A program made the position numbers and the translations under genes. The notes beneath the pieces were generated by a model. That model was not told the DNA's origin. It searched no databases and saw nothing but the letters and a program-made list of their open reading frames with translations. From Balanoglossus misakiensis (Eukaryota > Animalia > Hemichordata), in assembly GCA_040954595.2 (NCBI GenBank), contig CM082585.2:9164564-9228563 (forward strand): a stretch of 64,000 bases of DNA, in the 5' to 3' direction. How positions within the stretch are numbered: the stretch's first letter is position 1; each line of letters starts with the position of its first letter. Shown here piece by piece: positions 9,740 through 20,969 of the stretch.

Positions 9740-12700
9740 ATGCCGAATAAATCAAAGCGCAAAACTAAGTATGGAGACGTTACCACAGGCAGACAGTTCG
9801 ACATGCTCGACGAAGAGGGCTGGGACGCCATCTTGCCTGTTCCAAAGTTTTCATTCCCGGTGGCAGCTATCTTAGTTGCCTCATCGGCGGTACTGTGTTT
9901 CTACCAAAGTTGCTGGGCAGAGTTTACATTAGATGACCGGGAAGCTTTAATCCATAACAGAGACTTGAGACCTGAAACACCCGTCACAAGTCTTCTAACG
10001 CATGACTTCTGGGGTTACAATATTTCTATCAACGGAAGCCACAAATCGTACCGTCCACTCACAGTTCTGACTCTGAGGTCAGTTATATTTCAATTTCCAG
10101 TTAAGAAACAAAATGTAAGAACTAAAGCCTGTGCCACAATTTCAAGACTTTGGGACAGAAAAGGAAAGCGTTTAATCGATGTTTTAACTTGCAGGTGGAA
10201 TTTCATCTTGGCTGGTGGACTGCACCCCTTTGGATTTCACCTCGTAAACGTTATTCTCCACTCAGTTGTGTGCGTCGTGGTCCTTAAGGTCGTGTCTGTC
10301 GTCTACGCGGGAATCTTCAATGAAAATGGCAGCCAGTCACTTTCTTCCCCGCGGGCCAGTCTTCTCACCGCCATTTTGTTCGCGGTTCACCCGGTGCACA
10401 CCGAAAGCGTGAGTGGTCGTCTCATAAAGATCGGCGTTTTGAATAAATCGAATATGCCACTGGTCCGTATGGACCAAACAGTACCTCTATCGCTATGGTA
10501 GATTATACTAGTAGAATTTTTTATCGTTGCCTTTAGGTTGCAGCTAATGTCGGTCGAGCAGATCTCTTGTGCGCGCTGTTTTTCTTCCTGTCGATGTGGA
10601 TATACGTCAGAGCGTTTCCTTCGGGTTTGTGGTTTCTTTACTATAAATATAATGTATTTTCAAACGTTAACACACAAAATGGTATTGGTATCATCCTACC
10701 CATCTATGACTATGAATAGTAATGCACCATGAGGCCATGAGATTCATATAATCTGTAGTCAAGTTTATATTTATTTCAGGGGATGATGACGTCAGTGTTT
10801 CTGGCTTCCATGACAGCAAGTCACCGGCCAGTTTTTCATCTGGATATGTCGTGGCTGCGATCATTTTAGCTGTGTTGTCCATGCTTAGTAAAGAGCAGGG
10901 GATCACGGTACTGGTAAGTTGTGCGAAGGACCAAAGTATGAAGTTGGGAGGGGGGAAACAATGTCTGTGTCGTCATCAGTTTGTGAGAGATTGAGACTCA
11001 TCTGGAAATCTCAGAACAGCGCCACCAACCACCTGTTGATTTAGCGTGGTTTCAAACGAACAGAAAGGCAAACAAGATAAAATATTTCACTGGCTTTTAT
11101 TTCGTTCTTTCAGGGTGTACTGGGCGCATATGATTACGTCATAATATGCAGACGGAAACCATCCGAGGCTCTGAAGCTTTTTTCAAACGACTACCGAAGC
11201 CAAAACTCGCGGTGGCTGAAGCCGTTTCTATTGCGCGTCATCATGTTGGCATCGTCTGTTCTTCTTCTCATAGTATATCGTTACGTCATCATGTCTACTG
11301 GTGCCCCCAAATTTCCAAAAGATATCAACCCAACTGCACACGCACCACTTTTATCACGGGTATTTCTTATTTTTGAAGTTTATGAAGAAGTTTTTTTGTA
11401 ATTCTTCAAGTGGATTTCAAGTTTATTTGTTGATATCTGTTTATATACGTTTTTATTATTATTTGGTTTGTGTCTCTCTTTGTTTTCATACAGATATTGA
11501 CGTTTCCTTATCTCTACGCGTTGAATTGTTGGATTCTTATAAACCCCTGGTGGTTATGTCACGACTGGGGCGAAGGATGCGTGGGACTTCTCTCGACTCC
11601 TTTAGATTTGCGAGTCCTCGCCGTCGTCGTGTTTTTCGCTTTCATCGTGTCGTTCTCTTTCTACGCCCTTAGGCACGGCGACGAAAACAAGTAAGTCATT
11701 AAAAGCACTGTGTCTATAGGTCAACAGATATACACTATAAAGTAGAAGGCCCCACTCACGAACTGACTTCGTTTTGTTGTTTCAGAGTAGTGTTCACTGC
11801 CATGCTTCTGTTGGTCGTCCCGTTCCTACCAGCGTCCAATATTTTCTTCCACGTCGGGTTTGTCATTGCAGAGAGGGCGCTCTATATACCACTTCTCGGC
11901 TACGCCATCTTGTTGACGCTGGCGATAGTCAAACTCTGCGAAAAATGCAGTGTCCACTCACGTAAAGTACGAATTAAAGTCTCGCACATTTGGATATTTT
12001 TTCTCACATAAGAATAATTATTTTCGATAATCAAGATTTACATTCAAACGTACCAGAAACATGTATTTTTGTGAAAGAGCCGTTTTGGCCAAAAACACCA
12101 ACTTTTAACATTTCGTCAAAAAGCCTTCAGTTAACCAAACACTGTTCTGGTTTTGTTAGAAGAATGATGATAAATCTCTTTGGGACTCATTTCAAGTTTC
12201 CAACATTTATGTCAACTATCGTGTTCATTGATGTAGGTAATTCGCGCCATCCTTTTGGCATTGGTCGTGTGTTACGCCATCAGGAGTATTCGCCGGACTG
12301 GCGATTGGTTGGATGATCACCGACTTCATCGTTCAGCCATTAGAGTCTGTCCGTTAAATTCCAAGGTGAGAAAGACAGGACAATTTGGCTGTTAACCTGG
12401 ACTCTACGTTTTTTTATAGCCGCATGCACACACATACAAAGCGTTTTGAAAATATCTTTGATCGTCTCGTCTAGGGTATAACTGTCTTTTACTCGGGTAA
12501 ATGCAATTCTGATATGCCACCTGGCAATGATGCATAACACAGAAGACTTTTTTTCATTATGTTCCGAGTTAACATTTGAATCTTCTTTTCCCTTTTGTAA
12601 ATGAATACAAATCCAAGGTTCCGTTCAACATCGCCAAGGACCTTGACGATTTGGGCAACAAGACAGAAGCAGAGAAATGGTACAGAGAATCTTTGAGGTA

Positions 12701-14519
12701 CATCTTCCGTTTTTTGGGTACATGTACTTCAATATGGCCCTCTACGGCGATTATGAATTGCTGCTGTTGACCACATGTGGACTGACTGTGTTTTGACTTA
12801 ACAACAAATTACATTAATCAAAATTTTCGAAATAATCTAAATTCCGATAATTTCTTCTCTTTGTCTGATACGTTTGGTACCTGTAGGGTCAATGCTAACA
12901 ACAGAGGGGCGCTGATGAATCTCGCCAATATCAAGATGGTGGATGGTGAAACTGAAGAGGCCAGGATGTTGCTCGATAAATGCCGAATAAATACAAAAGA
13001 CAAAAGAGATTTGTGTGTGGAGAACACGGTTCATGAGTTGCCATGGTTAGATTCTAGTTGACATGCAAATTGCAAAATCTCAATGAAACTAGACCACAAG
13101 GCTAGACTGTGTGTGGAGTATAGCGAAAAAAACAGTAGTCAGGATTCTAGACTAGTAGTGATGCAGGTGATCCAAACTCTCACAACTCCCAACCACATCT
13201 AAACAGCATCTCATCTGTCACACTACAGACCGACTAGACCAAACGTCTGGCTGAGTCTTGGAAACCTCTACAAGGACAATTACAAAGACTACCAGGTGGC
13301 CATGCATCATTACAAGGAAGCCGAGAGACTTGCCAAGATTTACTTTTATGCTGATGAAAGGCTGTCCCTAGCTGGCATCTATAATAATCAAGCAGTTGTG
13401 GTATGTGCTCAAACAATTTGGTCACGTCTCATTTCTTCTGGTACTTGAGAGTGGTCTGAAATTACTCTCCCAGCATAAAAATGCTAAAAAAAATTCCCTA
13501 AAAATGTTTCCTCAGAAATTGCAATAACCATTCATTCATTCATTCATTCATTCATTCATTCATTCATTCATTCATTCATCTAGTCAGGCATTCACTAACT
13601 CACTCACTCACTTATTCATTCTTCAGAAAAGGGAAATTGGTGAACTTGACGAAGCCATTACACTGTGGTACATGGTGGTCGACATGCAAAAAGACTACGA
13701 TGTCGCATACTTTGCCCTTATGGAAACTCTGGAAATGGTCGGTACGTGTAGAAATTTCTCATCTTGCCTGTGAAAAATTGTGCCATGTGTTGCAACACAC
13801 CAGAGAGAGAGAGAGAGAGAGACACTGGTATATAAACATACTGGTAGTAGAGCTTTCTATCTCAAAATGCCTGCTTATTATTTGGAAGTCATGACTTAGA
13901 AATGGCCTGACTTTTACATGTCATGGTGACTCTCTGTTTCCCTATCACACCCACACCCCTTGCAGGAAAGCACGATGAAGTCTTAGAGGTCGGCAAGACA
14001 GCACTTCAATATGTGCCTGCCAAGAAGACTCGATCCATCCAGGCCCTGATGGGTAAAATGTACGCCATGAAAAACAACCTGGAGGTGAGTTCTGCACACC
14101 ATACAACAAGTATCCCCATTGGTCAAAATACCTTGTATCTGATGCTAGTAACCAATAACGGTGCCCGTTCTGCACGTATCCAGAAGGCGAAGGAATACTT
14201 TGATTTCTGCACACCATACAACAAGTATCCCCATTGGACACATTACCTTGTATCTGATGCAAGTAACCAATAACAATACCTGTTCTATACATATATCCAG
14301 GAGGCGGAGAAATACTTCACATCGGTGGTTGGAATGGACAAGAGGACTGAAGCTGAGGATTACTTCAACCTGGGAATACTCTATAATTTGCAGGGAAAAA
14401 CTAAAGATGCCATAATCGCCATGGAAAAGAGTATTGAAATTGATGCCAAAAATCCTAAAAGTGTCGATACTCTGAAGATACTAAAACAACAACTGGAGAA
14501 TGGAACAAAGCAAAACTAA
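9740..14519 (+). CDS. TMTC4: Protein O-mannosyltransferase TMTC-family member (TMTC4-like), multi-pass TM + TPR repeats
   Basis: Motifs LDDREALIHNRDL, DFWG..SHKSYRPLTVLT, HPVHTESVAANVGRADLL, SKEQGITVLG, WLCHDW, PFLPASNIFFHVGFVIAERALYIP, then TPR-like exons ending YFNLGILYNLQGK..KQN*. Multi-exon; one TPR-region donor near 13010-13040 is not resolved. The TMTC4 subfamily call is from motif recall. Confidence 0.85.
13529..13622 (+). repeat. (CATT)n microsatellite decaying into (CACT)n, TMTC intron
   Basis: About 12 perfect CATT units followed by CACT units. Confidence 0.9.
14090..14318 (+). repeat. ~115-bp tandem duplication of the last TMTC intron, its acceptor and the exon start
   Basis: TTCTGCACACCATACAACAAGTATCCCCATTGG...CTTGTATCTGATGC.AGTAACCAATAAC...ATCCAG(A/G)AGGCG occurs at 14090 and 14205. 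Confidence 0.92.
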
Positions 14520-15293
14520 AATGTTTTATGGCGATTCTACGCGTTCTACCAAAACTGGTTGAACTACACATGCATAGTATAAGTAGCTTTCAAGAAATTA
14601 AATGGCTTGATAACAAATTTAAAGTTGTATGTGGGAAATTGTGGTTTCCTGTTAAATGTGTAGTGTGACTTTTTGAATACAGACAGAAATAAAAGAACAG
14701 TTTACTTTATTTTTTCAGTGCAGTGTTGGGTTTTTGAGGTATTTACTGGTGTACATGTAGACTTCAAAAGTGTCCATGAAATAAATAATTTTCTCATATG
14801 AAATGAATGATGTATTTTAATATTAAGAGCCCTTGTCATGAGTGTTATATACCAAGAATGGTACATTTATAACTAAAGAAGATTAATTCTCAGTACATGT
14901 AATCATGAACAACTCCTGATCAAGTATTGCACCTATTCCTTTGCTAGAACACCCTGTTCACAGATACGGAGGGGGAGATCATTCATGATTGAATAAAATA
15001 TGTCAGCTGATTAAAATATTCTAAAATACCCCTACTTCAAACCGGGGTGGAAATCATTCCTGATTAGATAAAACCTGTTCGCTGACTTATAATGTTAAAA
15101 TACCCTGTTTACCCTGATATGGTGAATGATATTGCTGTTTGGCTAAATACTTTCAGATGAACACAGAATTATATACAGTAAATAAATACTAGTATTCCTA
15201 TTACAAAAGTACTATCTTTAGCTACTTTATCAAAGAAAATTACCATCAAGATAGATAAACCCATTCTCTACACAGACACTAGCATTGATACGT

Positions 15294-15366
15294 TTAACCT
15301 AGCTAAGGGGTCTGACCGATACTCTGTCTATTAGCAGACCATGTACAGATCCCTTAGCCAGGTTAA
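15294..15366. repeat. 73-bp inverted repeat (21-bp stem) with TTAA ends
   Basis: TTAACCTAGCTAAGGGGTCTG ... CAGATCCCTTAGCCAGGTTAA; 19 of 21 positions are Watson-Crick pairs. Confidence 0.85.
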
Positions 15367-15446
15367 AATGATCCATGCTAATCTCTGCGTGGAGTATGAG
15401 ATAAAGCCTGCCTTGTCACCAGTGTTCCAAGACCTTCTTGAGATGT

Positions 15447-18400
15447 TCACTTCTGGTGGATGTGCACCGTGGCGGTGTTGTCAGGGGCAACCACGCGGAC
15501 AATTTTACTTGGCTGTGGGTTTTGGCTCAGCAGGTACTCGGTGATATCCACGTTCATACCGTGCAACTTCTCCAGGTGTTCCAACAATTGCTCGTCTTCC
15601 TTTTTCTTTTGCTGCCAAACAAAAAATTCAAACAAGACCGTGATCGTTTCGGAAGGTGATATGGGTCTCCTTTGGGGATGGGGTGAAACAATGGACTCGT
15701 GATGACTTCTTAAGAGTCAGACAAGCCCAGCTGAGTCGATCAACATCTCGGCTACATTCAGACAGATTGAGGTTCAACTCACTTACATGTGGCCACAGTC
15801 AAACATGAGGAATATGTAATTGAAACTGCTTCCAACTTACACATACAGGCAAGCTCTGCTGCCTATCTGAAGAAATGAATATTGAGCCCACTCATGATCA
15901 GCAGGCATGTACATGTACCATATACCTCCTTCAAAGTACCTAACTCCCTTCAATGCAATGGCAGCATGAATATGATAATATTTCCACTGTGAACTCACCT
16001 CCAATCTAGCATCTAAATCCTCCTTTAACTGCCTTGCTTTTTCCATCTTCTCTTTACTTGACGTTTTCAATTCGTTTTCCTGCTCCTGTCTGTTAGAATG
16101 TGAAATAGTGCATATTTTAATCCCTTTTCACCCCTATTCCCTTGTGCAGAGGTCCAATGCTACCACAGATACCAATGGACATGGACTGAACCATTGTAGT
16201 AAAATCAGGCTACAGATATGATAGACTGCACAAATGATCGCGGCATTTGGCCAACACTGGGCTATGAACCCAGTGTTAGGCCAGCCAGAGTTATATGACC
16301 AAAAACGAACACTGTGTCTGTACCGTGCACCTGTAGAGAATTGAAAACTCACTTTTTCAAACCAAGGGTATGTCGTTCCTGCTCAATGTGAAGATTTTGT
16401 TCTGAAAAACACAATAAGAGAACGTTTGTGATAAAACCACAGCAGCGATCGAAAATATAAGATTCCAATCAACGATCATGATTTCATAAAGATATCTCAA
16501 CTGAGTGAATAAACCATTTGTCAGAATTTCCGGTACTCTCGCTTACCCATCTCACTTCTTTCCAGTTCACTCTTCAACTTTATGTCTGTCAGTGCTTCTC
16601 TCTGTTCCTGGGTTTCCATCTGAAAATGATCAACAAATCAACAACTTTGAGTTTATATGCCCATTGCATATCTCACAGATGCCCTTAATGTTCACTGTAT
16701 ACCAGAAGTGCAGTACTTGTCACATAATGTCATATATATAATTATGCAAATTTGCTAATAAAACAAGCTCAATTATTGATCGTTTCTTACTTCAATTCTC
16801 AGTTTGGTCCTGGTCGTTATGGCCATTTCGTGCAGCCTGGTCAGCTGGCTGCTGGCATGGTAACCGCGAAAGACGACTTTTGTCACGTTGTAGCCAATCT
16901 TCTTGGCGATTTCCAGAAGAAGTGGGTAGGCAGCCAGGTCGTTCAGTTTGTCTGCCTGCTCCATGAACTCCTCATAGGTCAGCTGACCCGTAAATGCAAC
17001 AATATCTGCACTGAGTCCACTGTGACATAGAAACAAGGAAATTTGAAAAAAAAAATATCTATTACATCTATATAATATCACATGGCCATTTTTTGACCAA
17101 CTGAGAAACAAAAAGTCAGCTGTGCATTGAAGATTGCCCTTTTAATAGCATGAAGATTCTATCATTCCCCACCCATTTTCTGACTTAATCACTGTACACG
17201 TACATTTTACAAAAACATTCAACCTACTTGATAAAATCAGCAATTGGGTCCTGTGTGTTGGCCAACTGTTGAGAAAAAAAGAACAACAGTTATAAAATGG
17301 TAGGCAACATACACTCATGAAATTTTAAGTGGTTTAATATATTTTCACCATCTTGCCAAAAGCTAATTAAAACAGCTCAAAAAATAATGGGACAGCCAAC
17401 ACATTCTCACATTTTATATTTGAGGTCAGATCTGATTTCTACTTTCTGAAAATAGCTTCTTACTAAACTGCTGCATTGAAACAACATTTTTCAAGAGTAC
17501 TTACCATCATTTCAATGTCTTCGAGTTCAAAAAATACCATTAACTTGATCCTTATCAATGCCTCATCCCTTGTCCGCACGTCTTCCACCTACAGAGGGCA
17601 GTATTTCAATGCCAATCAGCAACAAGGCTCACTTATGGTGAGATTTCATTTGAATCGATTAAATTCCTTGTATGTAAGATCATGAAAGGTTTGTTAAACC
17701 CTTTCACCCCCCAGTTCCCTCTTTAGAGGTCCAACCTTACCATAGTAAACCATGGATTTGGACTGAACCATGGTGGTGAAAGGGTTAATAGAAAGTGTAT
17801 GAATAAACCACTGTGCACCTACATTGTAGTAAAACTGATCGGGAATGATCCACAACTTGGTGAACTTCAAAGCATCGGGAACCTTGCGAAATTTCCTATC
17901 CGGATCATCCGGATGCCGCTGGGAAGGACTGGTGTTTTTCTCAGATCCGTGCCAGCTGAACTCATGAAGCCTGCAACGCAATACCGGAATATGAGTTTAA
18001 GTTCTGGCAAGATTAATAGTTAATTACCGTGGCAACAATTTGTTAGCTAAGTAATAAAAGTCAAGCTTTGTATGAAAGTGAAGATGTGATGTTTGTGGTG
18101 CTCAAAGGGTGGGGTCAGAGGTCAAGGGTCAAGGGATCAATGACCTCCGCAGAAATGCTTACCACTCGTTCGACTGCAAGGTATACATGACCGGACCATG
18201 TTGTATGCATCTGACAACCTTCCCATCATCCTCTTGTCTGTAGACCACCAAGGCCTCGTTGGCGTCCAGTGCAATTTTGTCATGAGTCGAGATGTCCTTG
18301 TGCTCCAGTATATCATAGAACATGGCATGGGGTCTGATGAGGAAGAGGAGCATTGCAGAGTAAACAAAAACAATGTAATATAGACATACATACATAGATG

Positions 18401-19339
18401 TACAATCTCGTACAGTATTGTCGACCCCCCCCCCCCAAGCATATACTACCTTAACCCTCTCACCCCCAGTTCCCTCTTTAGATGTCCACCCACACCATAG
18501 AAAACAATGGTTTCGGACTGAACCATTGTGATGAAAGGGTTAAATCAAATCAACTTACCCAGGGATGTGTTCCACCGTGCCATCTTTGTGAACCACTCTC
18601 AGATACTCGCTCTGGACCGCTGAGTATTTGTGCAGTTTTTCAAACTTTTGCCCATGCCACACAAAGAGCTGTCACGGAAGTCAACGCAAAGAAAAAAAAA
18701 ATTCAAAACCAATTTAAGGGCCACTATCTATAACTTCTGGCTAATTTTTTCAGGACTTTTATTTTGTGTATTAAATGCATGTACATATTCAAAAGTCCCC
18801 ATAAAATTGTGGAAAGAGGTTTAAATAGTTCATATATACAGGTTTATGGCGGAATTACGTTGTAAACACCACCTGGCCCAAAACTTACCCTTTCTGGTCC
18901 ATCAATTATCTTGCTTCTTCCTTTTCTGTCATATAATATAGCCTGGTTTAAATTAAAAATCAGAAAACAATTATGCAAATATATATAAAAAGAAATTGCA
19001 GGATTTCTCACTACAGTCCGGAAATATACGTAGAGCACCTCTATCAGTAGCTGAATTATAAAATCTGTCTACAGTATAAGATTCTGCAGTTATGATTTAA
19101 AGAAGGGGGACTGTGCACAGTACAGAGAGGTCATCAAGGGGTCAATCGCATGCCATCAACCAACGTCAACAACCAACATCAACAAGCTTCTATCCACAGC
19201 ACTGCCGGGGGTGGGGCGTGACTGTGCTCTGGCCGTGGAGCGTTCAACATGTTCATCCGACTATCTTCTAAAATATCGCGTGGTGCTAAAAATACCTCAG
19301 ACCTACCCTTTCTCCGTTGAACAGCGTTTCCCAACCCAT
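15447..19339 (-). CDS. Uncharacterised 414-aa protein: N-terminal vault (MVP)-like repeats + SPFH/Band-7-like domain + coiled coil
   Basis: 12 exons, all GT-AG, 1245 nt open: 19339-19307, 18942-18889, 18668-18559, 18333-18163, 17970-17823, 17588-17505, 17265-17228, 17019-16791, 16619-16547, 16401-16353, 16089-15999, 15611-15447. SPFH-like segment VEDVRTRDEALIRIKLMVFFELEDIEMMLANTQDPIADFINGLSADI..IGYNVTKVVFRGY, followed by an E/K/Q-rich helix. The gene model is solid; the domain call is inference. Confidence 0.85.
16117..16204 (+). mobile_element. MITE family A copy (degenerate)
   Basis: TTAATCCCTTTTCACCCC...AGAGGTCCAA...GGACTGAACCATTG; right terminus decayed. Further fragments at ~21040-21078 and ~53867-53912. 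Confidence 0.6.
17694..17788 (+). mobile_element. ~95-bp TTAA-flanked MITE, family A (piggyBac-like ends)
   Basis: TTAAACCCTTTCACC...GGTGAAAGGGTTAA terminal inverted repeats; internal sequence shared with the copies at 18451, 34028, 54498 and 63234. Intronic. Confidence 0.8.
18451..18543 (+). mobile_element. MITE family A copy
   Basis: TTAACCCTCTCACCCCCAGTTCCCTCTTTAGA...GATGAAAGGGTTAA; near-identical to 17694-17788. Confidence 0.8.
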
Positions 19340-19851
19340 TCTGGCGTTCACTTCCGTGTTTGGAAATCGGTTACCATAGATACACCAGTCGACACTCGAC
19401 TGTCTGATCAGAGACGTCCGCGTCGTACTTCTTCTCCGCCGGAGTCGAAATTGTTAATAAAGCGTCATTGCCTTACATTTATTGTCGTGAAGCGTGTACT
19501 AAAAATAGCCCTATGTATCTGCCTACGTCTGCAAAAGGTGACGCAGCTCAGGAGAAGTGAGTGAGTCACGCCTTTCTAATCATTTATGTGTGGCATTTAA
19601 GTGTAAATATATGTCGTTGAGGGCGTCCTAACTTACACTTTTGCTGCAGCGGCACGCAGAGGGGGGGGGGGCAAGTAGAAATGAAATATCACACACAAAT
19701 TAAATTAATTGCCAACAGATAACTGCTGCTTTTGTTTTATTTTGATGTTCGAGTACTTTTCAGTGAAACATGGAATTTTGAAGACGATTGAGTGACACAA
19801 ATCATGTTTATTTCCACGCATCCATGTCGTCTTCAAGATATTTGACCAAAA

Positions 19852-20969
19852 TTAGGAAATTTGGTAATTGCAGTAAAAGTACGCTTCACCGAAGCGAGGG
19901 AGGTCCTCCACACAGTGTCCAGGTACGGAAGTGGTTACTGGTTTGAAAGGAACCCAGGAAAAGGGACCCGAGAACGCGTCGTGGCATTCCGATACCTAAA
20001 AAAAAATAAAGCAGAACAACACATATAACTGTTCGCTATCTCGAGGCAAAAAAAATGTCCGCTGAATTTGGAAAGCAAGAACCACGCACGCATGGTCCGA
20101 AATGTATACATACTTGGCAATGCCAAAGACCAATTCCGTTGGCATACTCTATCACTTCGCATTCCTCACAACTGGCAATCGTTTTGCTTCCGTCTCCAGG
20201 ACCCTACATTCAATTGAACGAACGTACAATGAGTCACAAGATTAGCCAACACTTTATTATGGGATTCACACACATGCATTTAAAACGCTTCTGAAACGTC
20301 TCAGGTCAAGTACTGTCATAAATTATAATGCGCGAACTTACCAGATCGAACTTTTCAGAAGGGTGCGGGCCATATAATAGAACGACTAAACGGCGATTGG
20401 CGCTCTTGAAATCCGTAGCAGACAAAGTCGAGCTCCGACCTATTTCCTGTACAAGCCCGCCCTTGACGTCATTCACTTTGGCCACCAGCTCCGACGGGCA
20501 CTGGTGTGATGTAACACAGTCTAGATAGAACACTCCGTCGTCTTCATTAACGTCAACCTGGCATTTGTCACAGTAGAGGTCGGGATTGACGCCATTTTCT
20601 CTTTTCGTCAGGGTGCCGTCTGCACGCATCGACAGTAACACAGGTATTGCTGTGACTAGAATGACCAGCAGCCGTGGAAGTTTCTAGATAAAAAAACAGA
20701 CTACTTTTCATTTGTTTCCCCCATGTTAAAAAGGATTAATTATATACGAATTTCTCCATAGAAAATTTGGTATTAAATCTTAGTTTTATACTCTAATATA
20801 GGTACATGTATTGCATATGTTTTAAGCCAGATAGAAAGCTAGACAAAACGTCGATTCTTTCTACAAAGCATCAAGGTCGGGGACTCAATTTGATCAAACT
20901 CTACCTGCACATACTTTACGTGTAAATAACATATTTCTGTTGAAAATGCACACTTACCATATTGTTCAT
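19852..20969 (-). CDS. Orphan secreted cysteine-rich protein (195 aa, 10 Cys)
   Basis: Exons 20969-20958 (MNNM), 20683-20342, 20203-20114, 19995-19852, all phase 0, 588 nt open. Signal peptide KLPRLLVILVTAIPVLLSMRADG. Two C-x2-C-x13/14-C-x4/5-C units. Confidence 0.8.

Noticed and set aside
14090-14318. Repeat-spacer-like appearance (CRISPR-like)
   Set aside because: Only two units, explained as a local intron/exon duplication in a eukaryotic gene.
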